Of a stretch of DNA of 64,000 bases, positions 1-15,000 are shown one piece after another. The notes under the pieces are model-generated. The model saw only the letters and a program-made list of their open reading frames with translations, was not told the DNA's origin and did no database searches. The stretch is from Eledone cirrhosa (taxonomy: Eukaryota): positions 77,190,001-77,254,000 of the forward strand of contig OZ024747.1 in the NCBI GenBank assembly GCA_964016885.1. The letters are read 5' to 3'. Each line of letters opens with the position of its first letter. Position 1 is the stretch's first letter. The position numbers were made by a program, and so were the translations under genes.

Positions 1-33
1 GCAGCGATTCTTTGCTTAAACTTTAATCTGTTA

Positions 34-150
<117 letters not shown>

Positions 151-367
151 GTTAGTATTGGTGCTCTGAAATAGCGATGTATACATGAATGTATGTATAG
201 TATATTTGGCAATATACCGTATGTTTAATTAAAAACATTTAGAAGACCATACGCTATCAGTTTTAAGAAGTAAGTGACATAGTTACTACTTTAAAACTGA
301 TAGCGTATGGTCTTCTAAATGTTTTTAATTAAACATACGGTATATTGCAAAATATACTATACATACA

Positions 368-475
<108 letters not shown>

Positions 476-978
476 TAAACGGAATAGAAAATGCTGACAA
501 ATTGTTCACAGTGAAAAATAGTTTAATTAGGAATAAGTGAGAATTAGTAATTGTATTGGTTAGTATTCAGTTTTGGTTTTAAGTTTTACCGGTTGCGCAT
601 TTCTAATGCTTTTCAAAAATAAATTTGAAATAGAGCGTCCGTGATGTTTGCTCTGATCTGATTAGTTTTGGGAATTCTACCTGTTTTTATGTTAAAAAAG
701 TGGCTCCAGCGGTATTAAAATAAGTTTTGCGCCAATTCATGTTGCAAAAATTCTTGTGGTCGAAACAATTTTGATTGGTCGGTAGAGGTCATGTGAATGT
801 AAAAAATTGATTTTGCGCCAAATGTAGGTTTGTGTCGGCTGACTGAGAAATGACTCTTTCACAACAAATATGTGTGTGTGTGTGTGTAGTAGAAGTAAAG
901 TGTTCGTTGTTGTGATAGTGGTCAGCAGGGATGTGTGTGCGAACCGCAGCCTGTTGACAGTTCAAATGCCTATTAAGA

Positions 979-1053
<75 letters not shown>

Positions 1054-1162
1054 CAGAGTAATTCGTGGTAGAGGGATGGTCAGTAGGAATGTGTCTGTAA
1101 GTGAGTGGGGGATATTTTAACATGTTAAAAGATATTTTTCAGCTCTTGTCTTATACGGAGAA

Positions 1163-1211
<49 letters not shown>

Positions 1212-1446
1212 TCTCTTTATATGTTAATGTACGCGTGTGTATTTGTGTGTGTATATGTGTGTGTGTGTGTGTGAGAATGTGTGTGTGTGGGTGGACTAGT
1301 ATTTTTTTCCTGGTAAAATGGTGTACATTATTCGATATTTTCAGTAAAATCGATTCTCTCAAGAGAACATCAAAAACCTTAATAATAAAAGGTGTGAAAT
1401 GATATATAGTATTGGCATAATACCAAGGTGTGTGTGAGTGTGTGTG

Positions 1447-1960
1447 TGTGTCCAGATTGTACGTACTGAAAGGGGGATCCATTAGGCCTTGCCGTATTGG
1501 AATACCTGTGCACAAATATGTATCTGGAGTGTGTCCAGAAATTGTATACCTGTGCACAAATTGTATACTTGTGCACAAATTGTACACATGTATCTGGAGT
1601 GTGTCCAGAAATTGTATACCTGTGCACAAATATGTATCTGGAGTGTGTCCAGATTGTAAGGCCTTGCCGTATTGGAATACCTGGGCACAAATATGTATCT
1701 GGAGTGTGTCCAGAAATTGTATACCTGTGCACAAATTGTACACTTGTGCACAAATTGTACACATGTATCTGGAGTGTGTCCAGAAATTGTATACCTGTGC
1801 ACAAATTGTACACTTGTGCACAAATTGTACACATGTATCTGGAGTGTGTCCAGAAATTGTATACCTGTGTACAAATATGTATCTGGAGTGTGTCCAGATT
1901 GCACGTACTGCAAGGGGAATTCATTAGGCTTTGCCGTATTGGAATACCTGTGCACAAAAA
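1447..1960. repeat. Composite minisatellite
   Basis: Modules ATGTATCTGGAGTGTGTCCAGA and TTGTA.AC.TGTGCACAAA reiterated. Confidence 0.9.
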
Positions 1961-2233
1961 TGTATGTGCCCATCAGTGTGCAATGCATGTGTGCGTTTAT
2001 GTATGTGTGTGTGTCGGCACGTTTATATCTATAGACATCAAAAGGTATGCAAATTTGTGTATATTTGTGTTGCACCATAGAACATGTGTGTTTACGTATG
2101 TCATTGTGTTTATATGTGGGTAGAGATGTGTGTTGATGTAGGTATGTATGTTGACGTGTGTATGTGTGGGTTCGTCTTAGGGAGAAGTGTTTAGTCGGGG
2201 TCCGTATTTGTTAATAAAGTAATATATATAGTT

Positions 2234-2390
<157 letters not shown>

Positions 2391-2699
2391 ATGTAGAGAA
2401 GTGACACATGAGTTGATATATATATATATATAAAATAGGAAAAAAGAAAAACACAATAATAAAATACTAAAGGGATTTCCTATCAGAATAACAGCAAAAC
2501 ATTTATTTACAAAATAGGAACTTCCGCATCATTTGTACCGGTTTCAGCTTGTAGGCTTCTTCACACGACGGAATTGTATAACGCAATTAAATTGCATATT
2601 ATTAAGAACAATAAAAATATGGGGGGAGGGGGGAATGTTTTTACATAAATATATACATAGAGAAAAGTTCACATTTTTGTCTGGTTTTCTTTCTTTCTC

Positions 2700-3150
2700 T
2701 CTTAGTGTTAACCTTCGCTGTGTCACTATTCATGGTGCCATGATCTTATATGTCTCATACAGACAAACTTGCTCAATAGATGGGCTCCTACGCTTGGAAG
2801 TTCGTAGATGTTATCGGAGGGATATGATGCAACAATCAAATGCTGCCTGGATTGATGTTAGGCCTCTGTCTCCCTGCTTACGTTTCAAGTAGAGGCGTTC
2901 TATTGATGTGAATGTTGACCCAGTGTTGTTTGACATCAATTGCTCGAATTTCGTCTATCGTCCACTCGAGTATTCCAAACGTTGCTGTTAGGACAGGCAG
3001 AACAAATACACAGTGAGCCACTGTTTTATTGTGTGCAGAGATTTCAGATGACCATATTTTTTCTTAATCAGGTGTAATATTCCCTGCTTACGAGTTTCTT
3101 GTCACAGATACCATCATAGGATATATTCTCATCTATCCCTAGGTATCTGT
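2700..3150 (-). mobile_element. Decayed R4/Dong-type non-LTR retrotransposon RT C-terminal fragment
   Basis: YRYLGIDENISYDG...REYY, then after a frameshift KIWSSEISAHNKTVAHCVFVLPVLTATFGILEWTIDEIRAIDVK. Confidence 0.65.
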
Positions 3151-4599
3151 AGCAGTCATGTATGTATGGAGGGGGAGGTATGTGTGTGTGTGCATTGTCG
3201 AAATTTGTTGCTTCAGACATGTTAAAAAAACTAATCAAGAAAGGTAACTTCATGCAGTGAAAGGACTTGTGTTCCAACAACACATTCTTAGTTGTCTCCC
3301 CTGTTTCCTAATATTTATGATTTTTTTAAAATCTTTTTCTGCTCTCTGTTATTCTATAACTCTTGGGGCGAACTAGAATCACAAAGATGGTAAATCGTCT
3401 GCGATTGTTTACAGTTCAGAAAAATAGCTTTTTACATTTTCTTAATTTTTTTTTCATTAGAAACGTGTTGCGGAATTTGCAGTTGGCGTACTTTTGTTTT
3501 TTATACTTGAAAATATTAGTTTTTAATCTTCTTAAAATTCTAATTACTATTGTTTCAGATTAAATTTATTAATAAGGAAAATGTAATTATATATGAAAAT
3601 AAAATATATTTATACACTTCATATACGGAAAATATATATTTTATATACTCTCGGAAAATATATATTTTATATACTCTCGGATTTCAAATATTTTCCACCA
3701 CCACCCCACTCCTCGTTTATTAAATTTTGCTAATCTATCTCCAGCGAACTTTTATTTTAAGTGGTAGCATTCCTGCGATAATTAATTTCTTGGGACATTA
3801 TACATGACAAAAAAGAACATTGCAAGAAACCTCATATATTATAGAATAAATAGGATGGGTTAGGGTCTCAATATGTATGCTTTCCAGCATAGTTACGTCC
3901 CTTTATGATCTGAGTTCAAATCCCGCCGAGGTTGACTTTGCCTTTCATCCTTACGGGGTCGATAAAATAAAGTACCAGTAATGCACTGGGTGATTGCTGG
4001 CCTTGTGCCTAAAGTAGAAACAATATGTAAACTAAATGACTACTTCTTCCCCTATTATTTAGACCTCAAGAGTACAAAAAAACAACAACAATGTACTCAG
4101 TTGTAAATCTATCAATCATAATCGCTTTCCGATTTTTAGAAAAAAAAAAAATTTTTTTTTTTACATTTGAAATCCTGCAGAATCTGAAACTGATGTTTAA
4201 AGCATAAAATATGAAGTCATAAAAATACTGCGGATGTGAGGGCATCATAGATGAGAGTAATCACATAGTTATCTCCCTTAATATTGAGTTTAACAATTGC
4301 TGGAGTTCCATTGATGTTCATTTACATGTACAGGTGTAATTAACTAAAACCACCTGTTAATTATTGTTAATTAATAACAAAGGAATCCTCCCAAAGGGAG
4401 GAGCAGTGCCCAGGTGTAAATAAAGAACCTCCACCCTACCAAAGATCCGAAACCCCTATGATCACCAAGGTCACCATAGGTAGATATTCCTCTCTCTTCT
4501 ATTTTCTCCAGGTTAAAGGTTTTCATGGTCAGGGTAGCTCCAGTTCCGTGGGTCATTCTTGCTATGTTCTAAAATGTTTAAGGTCTATCACGTGACCAG

Positions 4600-4850
4600 A
4601 GAGCTCATCAGGCCGGTGCTATTCCTGGTTTCCCTGACGTGAAGCAACTGAGAATACAAGACAACCCCAGGAAGCCAGTCCATCGCAGGGTTAAAACCCC
4701 ACTATTGTAGCTGGTACTCCTTTTCGGCTGAGTATACTGGAGCAATGTGAAATGAAGTGTTTTGTTCAAGAACACACCACAGTCCGGGACTCGAACCCAC
4801 AACATTATGATCATAAGTCTAACACCCTTACCACTAGGCCACATGACATT
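4600..4850 (-). mobile_element. tRNA-derived SINE (related family; head-only relative at 25832-25952)
   Basis: TGGCCTAGTGG...GGTTCGAGTCC boxes plus shared CACTTCATTTCACATTGCTCCAG core. Confidence 0.75.
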
Positions 4851-4898
4851 CACCCACCTTTTGAAGAAATATATTAGAGATGAGAGGATAGGAGGTGC

Positions 4899-5588
4899 GA
4901 CACTTCCTTCTCCACCCTCACCTCCCTTTATATATGGGGTACAACACTTCCTTCCCCACCCTCACCTCCCTTTATATATGGGGTACAACTCTTCCTTCTC
5001 CTCCCTTTATATATGGGGTACAACACTTCCTTCTCCACCCTCACCTCCCTTTATATATGGGGTACAACACTTCCTTCTCCACCCTCACCTCCCTTTATAT
5101 ATGGGGTAACAACACTTCCTTCTCCACCCTTACCTCCCTTTATATATGGGGTACAACACTTCCTTCTCCACCCTCACCTCCCTTTATATATGGGGTACAA
5201 CACTTCCTTCTCCACCCTCACCTCCCTTTATATATGGGGTAACAACACTTCCTTCTCCACCCTTACCTCCCTTTATATATGGGGTACAACACTTCCTTCT
5301 CCACCCTTACCTCCCTTTATATATGGGGTACAACACTTCCTTCTCCACCCTTACCTCTCTTTATATATGGGGTACAACACTTCCTTCTCCACCCTTACCT
5401 CCCTTTATATATGGGGTACAACACTTCCTTCTCCACCCTTACCTCCCTTTATATATATGGGGTACAACATTTCCTTCTCCACCCCCACCTCCTTTTATAT
5501 ATATGGGGTACAACACTTCCTTCTCCACCCTCACCTCCCTTTATATATGGGGTACAACACTTCCTTCTCCACCCTCACCGCCCTTTAT
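4899..5588. repeat. 44-bp minisatellite
   Basis: Unit ACAACACTTCCTTCTCCACCCT(C/T)ACCTCCCTTTATATATGGGGT, about 15 copies. Confidence 0.95.
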
Positions 5589-5963
5589 TTACAACAAAAA
5601 AAACAAGTCAGCAACAATAACAATTATGAAGATGATTGTTTAATTACTGAGAATGTATAAATGATAAACATTACATTACAAAATAATTATAATACAATTG
5701 TTAATGAGGAATCCTTCAAGAACTTTGGTAAATGGAATAAAATAAAGGAAGAATGCAATAAAAGATTATATCTAATATTCTGTCTGCTGAAGAATTGGTA
5801 AAGCAATTTAAACCTTTCATTACTTTATTTTTATCATAAAATATTCTTTATTATTAATTATTATTTATTATTAATTAATGTAGAAATGTGAAGAGGTTTT
5901 CTAAAACTATCAATTATTTAAACCAATGTTGTCTCTGGTAAAGGTGAAGCGAGTGTGTATTTG

Positions 5964-6293
5964 AATACATATAGAAATGAGAAAACTGTTCGCTAGAACA
6001 GTCATTAAAACAGCTAGATGCTGTGAAAGACAGCGACGGGCAAAAATACCTCAGAGGACAGAGACCAGTGACCAGTGGTCAACAGAGACAATCCACAAGG
6101 TAGAGGATAGGAGGAGTCCTCTTTCAGTCTTTTCTATATTTCATCTGCCTGTCACCCTGTTTATAGTCTCTCTGTTGACCACTGGCCGCTGGTCTCTGTC
6201 CTCTCAGGTATTTTTGTCCATCGCTGTCTTTGACAACATTTAGCTGTTTTAACGACTGTTCTAGAGATGAGTTTTCTCATTTTTATATGTATT
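5964..6293. mobile_element. MITE-like fold-back element, about 125-bp imperfect inverted arms
   Basis: AATACATATAGAAATGAGAAAACT...AGTTTTCTCATTTTTATATGTATT. Confidence 0.7.
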
Positions 6294-6720
6294 AATTATT
6301 TCATTCTTACAATAGTATTTGTGATATAATCTAACAAAATGTTCTTATATCAAGTTAGGCTGGAAGAGTTTATTTTATATAGAAACAATTTAAATCAAGT
6401 GAGTGGTTCTATTTCATAAAAACAGAAATGTTTTTTTGGCAGGCTAGTATTAAAAGGGTCAAAGGATCAATGAGAGAATGAAGGGACTTTGTGTCAGTGT
6501 GAAATTCTGAACAGATTGTTTCGTTGATAGGAAATAAGCTTTGACAAGATTGCTCAATGAAGCAAGGGTTAAAGGATGTTTAATTTAACATGTGATACTT
6601 TTGGGCAAACCCCATCTTTCATTCTCTCGCTTTCTGTCTATCTCTATGTATGTGTGTATGTATGTGTGAATGTATATATGTATGTATGTATAGATGGCTG
6701 GATGGATGTGTATGTGTGTG

Positions 6721-6964
6721 ACAGCTCACACCTATGCAGGTTTAGCTGGCCTCCTCCAAGGAGGTATATCTTGTTGGAGGTGTCTTGGGTAATTTAATGA
6801 TAGGGACCCCAGTCCTATCATCTCATTTCTACAGCTGAGTAAACTGGAGCAACGTGAAATAAAGTGTCTTGCTCAAGGAAACAACACATCACCCAGTCCG
6901 AGAATTGAACTCACAACCTTTCGATTGCAAGCCCAATGCTTTAACCACTAAGCCATGCGCCTTC
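6721..6964 (-). mobile_element. tRNA-derived SINE
   Basis: A-box TGGCTTAGTGG, B-box-like GTTCAATTC, core CCTTGAGCAAGACACTTTATTTCAC; near-identical to 8204-8460. Confidence 0.85.
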
Positions 6965-7389
6965 ACATGTGTATGTGTGTGTAGTTGGGTATATAGATAT
7001 GTAGTGAAACAAATTAAACTGGCTTGGCACGCTGTTATATCTCCTTTATGTATCGTTATGGGTCAACTCTGGTTGAAAAATTTATTAACTTTTCACAGCA
7101 TTGAGTACTTTGTGATGGCCTCAAATAATTGGTATCTTCCCTATGGCAGCTACAACTTCCATTTATTCCTAATATATTAATATATTTGTCTTGTTTACTC
7201 TCATTATTTTCGATTTTTTTCTTTACTTGGACTACCTTTTATTTTCTGTATCTATCCTTTGTGATCCTGTCTCTATTTGTGTACTCCTCAAGGAGGGCTC
7301 AAGCCTGACACGTCAAACTTTCTTTCCCCTTTTCCATATAAAGTGTGAAACTAATAAGACTTTTTGTACCTCTGTTTGTTGTCTCCTTG

Positions 7390-7435
<46 letters not shown>

Positions 7436-7459
7436 CAAGCAGGGAAAAGCGGACGTAAA

Positions 7460-7495
<36 letters not shown>

Positions 7496-7838
7496 GTAAG
7501 AAACTTTCAGGGGAGCTAGACAGCTGAAGGTGTCACAGAGAAGAAAATCCTCTCAAGTGAATGTTTCAGCCCTTAATAATATATTATATAATACATATTA
7601 AGCTCAAATGTCGGGGTCCTGAATCTTTTCATATATATATATAATATAGATATAGATACATAGATATATAGATATACATAATATATATAATATATAAATA
7701 TATATAGATAGATAGTTAGATAGATAGCTAGATAATATATATACATGTATACATACACATATCACATGAGTTGTCCAGATGACTCAGGCATACACAAAGT
7801 GATTAACTACCAAGGACTCCAACTGCCATGGGATCCTC

Positions 7839-7885
<47 letters not shown>

Positions 7886-7981
7886 ACCTATGATTTCTGT
7901 ATCCTTCTCATACCCTCACTTAAGTATGCAGTTGTCCGTCCAGTCGGCTGTGTGATATCCAGTGGATAACTTTGATGTTTA

Positions 7982-8083
<102 letters not shown>

Positions 8084-8203
8084 CTACAAAGGAAATAAAA
8101 AGATAATTTACAACCACTTTCACATTAAAAATATTGGTTTTTTCTCTATCAGCACAATTAAGTATGTGTTTTTATTTTTCAAGTGGTCATCACTTTGAAA
8201 CAT

Positions 8204-8460
8204 GAAGGCTCATGGCTTAGTGGTTAGAGCATTGGGCTTGCAATCGAAAGGTTGTGAGTTCAATTCTCAGACCGGGTGATGTGTTGTTTCCTTGAGCAAG
8301 ACACTTTATTTCACGTTGCTCCAGTTTACTCAGCTGTAGAAATCAGATGATAAGACTGGGATCCCTCTCATTAAATCACCCAAGACACCTCCAACGAGAT
8401 ATACCTTGGGGGAGGCCAGCTAAACCTGCATAGGTGTGAGCTGTAACAACAATAACAACA
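8204..8460 (+). mobile_element. tRNA-derived SINE with (AAC)n tail
   Basis: Reverse complement of 6721-6964. Confidence 0.85.
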
Positions 8461-8582
8461 CCACTTTAAAAACCCAAGTGCTGTAAGCATCTACAAACCA
8501 ACCAGGGAAGCTCCTATGAAGTTGACCCTCAACATGCAAGAAATATCAACCAAATCTTCTTTAAATCATACCTTAACATCAC

Positions 8583-8613
<31 letters not shown>

Positions 8614-8628
8614 TTCATCATTGTTTTA

Positions 8629-9006
<378 letters not shown>

Positions 9007-9314
9007 CTAAAACAATAGTAAAACAATATGTTATCATGGTTAATATAAAAATACCTGTATCATCATCATCATTGTTTTAACTTCATTCTTCCATACTTGC
9101 CAATATAGACCTTGAGCCAATCATCTGTAATGGTCATTATTCAATAAATATATATATATATATAGAAATGTGTGCAACTATAGTTACAGGTGGTTCATTA
9201 GTTGAAGCACTCAATGCTATTATGTGGTTCCATCTCATATAAGTTACTCCAGGGCTAAGGTGGCTGCTTATGTGTATATATATATATATTTATATTTATA
9301 TATATATATATATT

Positions 9315-10500
9315 TCGTTTCTGAATTTGTTTAGCAAGATTCTTTATCTGAAATCGTGTGTTGAAACCGATATTGTTATACTTTGGGAGGGTCATGTTGC
9401 CAATAAGAAACACACGCACCAGTTGCTTTCACTTCAATTTAATTTATTAAATATTTATAAATTTACAAATTTATAAATTTCTGGTTGGTTGGTTGGTTCC
9501 ACAACCAGATAGTTGTTTATATATATATAGTCATAGTTCTTTCGTCACACACTCTGTGACCTCTTCAGTGACTGGGGATTTCTTTCTTCGTTTCTGTGCC
9601 TTTCCTTTCTTCTATCCTACACCATTTTGTTTGTGTGTGGGTTGCGTGCTCAGTTTGCGCATGCGCCACATCCGGGTGTCTGTGTGTGTTTGTGTTCATT
9701 TTTCTATTTTTCTATTTATATTTTTTTATTTGTTTGTTTATTTATTTATTTATTGTTGGTTGGTTGTTTGTTCTATGTGTGTGTGTGTTTTCATTTTGTG
9801 TGTGTTTTCAATTGTAAGTTGTTTGTTCGATGTGTGTGTGTGTTTTCATTTTGTCCTTAATTGTAAGTTGTGATGTTGCTGTTCCACTCATATTTTCTAT
9901 TTAATTTTGGTTTTAATTCTTTTATGCTTACTGCCTCTGTAATTTGCCTAAACATTGCGTCTTTCTTGTGTGTGGATTCTATTTTTATTTCTATGCTCTC
10001 TAATTTACCCCTGTGTTCTATCTTAGCATGTTGGTAGAGCACAGATGATTCTTTATTATCTTGGAGGTCTCGCCAGTGTTCATTTATTCGTTCCCCTATA
10101 CTACGAGCTGTCTCACCTATGTACACTACATTTTTGTTTCTACATTGTCCTTCAGTACATCTTATGCTATATACTACATTTCTAGTTTTACAGTTAATAT
10201 GGGGGCTTATTTTACAGGTTATACATTTCTTATCTATACATGAGGGTCTTTGGAACGGGTATGTCTTGCTAATAAGTGTTTTTACGGAGGTACCAGGTCT
10301 TTCTACTATCTTAATATTGAGATTATGTTTCTTTAGGGCCCTTCTAAATTTGTAGGCTAGTTCGCCTCTAGGGGTTGTATTGATGAACATTACACTCTGG
10401 TATTTATTGCTATCATACCATGAGTTTATTCTATTGGCCTTGTTCTTAGTTCTTTCTATTCTATTCCAAAATTTGCTCCTATACAAGGGGCAGGTCCCAT
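9315..10500 (-). mobile_element. 5'-truncated Penelope-like element (GIY-YIG endonuclease + pseudo-LTR)
   Basis: ORF 9857-10525: C..C..C zinc linker, NVVYSIRC...VYIGETARSIGERINEH, TEAVSIKELKPKLN; hammerhead about 285 nt after the stop. Confidence 0.9.
9529..9573 (-). ncRNA. Minimal hammerhead in Penelope pLTR
   Basis: agtca CTGAAGA g GTCAC agagtgt GTGAC GAAA GAAC TA tgact; perfect stems I and II. Confidence 0.8.
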
Positions 10501-10524
10501 TTATGTCATTATTTACCAATGACA

Positions 10525-11122
10525 TAAATGGGAAAAACCTGCCAGACAGTCCTATACAAGCGAGACGACCAATCTTGCCTCAAGTAGGACAATTCCCATC
10601 TAAACCCATGCTAGCGTGTAAGATAGATGTTAAACATTGATGATCATGATGATGATATATATCATCATCATCATCATCATCATCGTTTAACGTCCATTTT
10701 CCACGCTAGCATGGGTTAGACGGGAATTGTCCCACTTGAGGCAAGATTGGTTGGGTGACCGGGTCTCGCTTGTATAGGTCTCTCTGGCAGGTTTTTTACG
10801 GCTGGATGCCCTTCCTAACACCAACCACGTTTACAGTGTGGACTGGGAGGTTTTTACCGTGTTACCTACACAACCACATTACAGCGTGGACTGTGTGTTT
10901 TTTTGTCATTACACCTACACGACTTCATTTATTTAGGACTGGATGTTGTGGTACCAACATAACATTACAGAGAAAGGGGTGGTGTTGGCAGGAGTGGAAG
11001 GATGGAGTAGGGGTAGTGGGTTGGAGTGTATGTTTGGTTAAGAGGTGCCTACTGACTAGGTTTCGCTTTCTACTTAGGTAAGGCAGGTCTTATGTATTAC
11101 TGCGTGGCACCAAAGATCTCAT
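10525..11122. mobile_element. Two RTE 3'-UTR fragments tail-to-tail (+ 10525-10655; - 10662-11122)
   Basis: Both match 61570-62005; GAT/ATC tails meet at a short (TA)n. Confidence 0.8.
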
Positions 11123-11165
11123 TCCTCCAGTTCATCATTTTCATCGGCACAGGTTGAATTGATTG

Positions 11166-11269
11166 GTCATTATGGCTAAGGTCATCAGGGCTAAGGTCAT
11201 TATGGCTAAGGTCATCAGGGCTAAGGTCATCAGGGCTAAGGTCATCAGGGCTAAGGTCATCAGGGCTAA
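11166..11269. repeat. 15-bp minisatellite
   Basis: GGGCTAAGGTCATCA units. Confidence 0.85.
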
Positions 11270-11742
11270 CGAAATGGTTGTCCCTGGTACGGTACCGTTG
11301 TAGTAACTGGCCTTAATAATTGTATTTTAACTTTCCTTACAGACTTGAGTTCCTCTATACCTTGGATATTTTTACCTACCTATTACTACTATATATATAT
11401 ATATATATATGGGGGGAGGGTTACACTAGTAAAGATACTATTACCATTTCAATTGTAGGTGTCACGACAAAAAGCACCCAGCACTCACTGTAAATGAGGT
11501 TGGCGTTAGGAAGGGCATCCAACTGCAGAAAGCAAGCTAAAATCAGTTCTGTATGAACAAGACATGGTCACCTGACCTAGCATTGCCCACAACAGGACAA
11601 CTCATCTATCCCATGCCAGTGTGGAAAATGGACGTAAAAACAGTGATGATGATGATGATGATGATACTATAAACATTTGAATGAACACACCCATTCTTTT
11701 ATACCATTTCTTCTAAAACATAAGAGTTAAAGACATACTTAC

Positions 11743-11920
11743 CCGTAAATTTTTTAAGAATTCATCAAAATCAATTATTTGATTGCCGTCTCGGTCAAAA
11801 CTACTAAATAGATGACTCAGTTCCTCAGTATCCATGGTAATACCGTAGTCATGGATACCTTTCTTGAACTCATTGAAGTCTATCTTGTGGTTTGCATCAT
11901 CATCAATGATCCGGAACATT
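11743..11920 (-). CDS. CAPSL: Calcyphosin-like protein, coding exon 2 (EF-hands 1-2)
   Basis: MFRIIDDDANHKIDFNEF...FDRDGNQIIDFDEFLKNLR; AG acceptor at 11922-11921, GTAAGT donor at 11742; 178 nt, frame consistent. Confidence 0.95.
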
Positions 11921-12048
11921 CTGAGAATTACACAGAGAATGAAGAATAGTTTAACCAATTAAATCTATAATCAAAAACCTACCATGACCATCTCATCTTT
12001 TTACAGACATTCTCTATAGGATTACATTATACAGAGTGAGTCATAAGT

Positions 12049-15000
12049 AACATCTGCACCAACAATATCTATACCAACAACATCTGTACCAACAACATCT
12101 ATGCCAACAACATCTGTACCAACAACATCTGTACCAACAACATCTGTACCAACAACATCTGTATCAACAACATCTGTATCAACAACATCTGTACCAACAT
12201 CTGTACCAACAATATCTGTATCAACAACATCTGTATCAACAACATCTGTACCAACATCTGTATCAACAACATCTGTACCATCATCTGTATCAACAACATC
12301 TGTACCAACATCTGTATCAACAACATCTGTAACAACAACATCTGTACCAACATCTGTATCAACAACATCTGTATCAACAACATCTGTACAAACATCTGTA
12401 TCAACAATATCTGTATCAAAATATCTGTATCAACAACATCTGTACCAACAATATCTGTATCAACAACATCTGTATCAACAACATCTGTACCAACATCTGT
12501 ATCAACAACATCTGTACCAACAACATCTGTACCAACAACATCTGTATCAACAACATCTGTACCAACAATATCTGTACCAACAACATCTGTACCAACAATA
12601 TCTGTACCAACAACATCTGTATCAACAACATCTGTACCAACAACATCTGTACCAACAACATCTGTACCAACAATATCTGTATCAACAACATCTGTATCAA
12701 CAACATCTGTACCAACAACATTTGTACCAACAATATCTGTATCAACAATATCTGTATGAACAACATCTGTACCAACAACATCTGTATCAACAACATCTGT
12801 ACCAACAACATCTGTATCAACAATATCTGTATCAACAACATCTGTATCAACAATATCTGTATCAACAACATCTGTACCAACAACATCTGTACCAACAACA
12901 TCTGTACCAACAACATCTGTATCAACAACATCTGTATCAACAATATCTGTACCAACAACATCTGTATCAACAACATCTGTATCAACAATACCTGTACCAA
13001 CAATATCTGTACAAACATCTGTACCAACAATATCTGTATCAACAATATCTGTACAAACAACATCTGTACCAACAATATCTGTACCAACAACATCTGTACC
13101 AACAATATCTGTATCAACAACATCTGTACCAACAACATCTGTATCAACAATATCTGTACCAACAATATCTGTATCAAAATATCTGTATCAACAACATCTG
13201 TACCAACAATATCTGTACCAACAACATCTGTATCAACAACATCTGTACCAACAACATCTGTACCAACAATATCTGTACCAACAATATCTGTATCAACAAT
13301 ATCTGTATCAACAACATCTGTACCAACAACATCTGTACCAACAATATCTGTACCAACAACATCTGTACCAACAATATCTGTACCAACAACATCTGTATCA
13401 ACAACATCTGTACCAACAATATCTGTATCAACAACATCTGTACCAACAATATCTGTATCAACAATATCTGTATCAACAACATCTGTACCAACAACATCTG
13501 TACCAACAATATCTGTACCAACAATATCTGTATCAACAACATCTGTATCAACAACATCTGTATCAACAACATCTGTACCAACAATATCTGTACCAACAAT
13601 ATCTGTATCAACAACATCTGTATCAACAACATCTGTACCAACAACATCTGTACCAACAATATCTGTACCAACAACATCTGTATCAACAACATCTGTATCA
13701 ACAACATCTGTACCAACAATATCTGTACCAACAATATCTGTACCAACAACATCTGTATCAACAACATCTGTATCAACAACATCTGTACCAACAATATCTG
13801 TACCAACAATATCTGTATCAACAACATCTGTATCAACAACATCTGTACCAACAACATCTGTACCAACATCTGTATCAACAACATCTGTACCAACAACATC
13901 TGTATCAACAATATCTGTATCAAAACATCTGTATCAACAACATCTGTATCAACAACATCTGTACCAACATCTGTATCAACAACATCTGTACCAACAATAT
14001 CTGTATCAAAATATCTGTACCAACAACATCTGTACCAACAATATCTGTATCAAAATATCTGTATCAACAACATCTGTACCAACAATATCTGTATCAACAA
14101 CATCTGTATCAACAACATCTGAACCAACATCTGTATCAACAACATCTGTACCAACAATATCTGTATCAACAACATCTGTATCAACAATATCTGTATCAAC
14201 AACATCTGTACCAACAACATCTGTATCAACAATATCTGTATCAACAACATCTGTACCAACAACATCTGTACCAACAACATCTGTACCAACAACATCTGTA
14301 CCATCAATATCTGTACCAACAATATCTGTACCAACAATATCTGTACCAACAACATCTGTATCAACAACATCTGTATCAACAACATCTGTATCAACAATAT
14401 CTGTATCAACAACATCTGTACCAACAACATCTGTACCAACAACATCTGTATCAACAACATCTGTACCAACAATATCTGTACCAACAATATCTGTACCAAC
14501 AATATCTGTATCAACAACATCTGTACCAACGACATCTGTACCAACAACATCTGTACCAACAATATCTGTACCAACAACATCTGTACCAACAATATCTGTA
14601 CCAACAACATCTGTACCAACAACATCTGTACCAACAATATCTGTACCAACAACATCTGTACCAACAATATCTGTACCAACAATATCTGTACCAACAACAT
14701 CTGTACCAACAATATCTGTATCAACATCTGTATCAACAACATCTGTACCAACAACATCTGTACCAACAATATCTGTACCAACAATATCTTTATCAAAATA
14801 TCTGTATCAACAACATCTGTACCAACAATATCTGTACCAACAACATCTGTATCAACAACATCTGTACCAACAATATCTGTATCAACAACATCTGTACCAA
14901 CAATATCTGTATCAACAATATCTGTATCAACAACATCTGTACCAACAACATCTGTACCAACAATATCTGTATCAACAATATCTATACCAACAACATCTGT

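Noticed and set aside
480-860. Possible Penelope endonuclease C-terminus on minus strand (ALEMR...LKPKLN)
   Set aside because: Short and interrupted by stops; insufficient evidence
7284-7316. Hammerhead-like remnants (also 62085-62120)
   Set aside because: Both core boxes mutated (e.g. GACAC/GAGAC for GAAAC); too degenerate to call
8204-8280. tRNA-like sequences with A/B boxes
   Set aside because: They continue into SINE bodies and lack a proper acceptor stem; SINE heads, not tRNA genes
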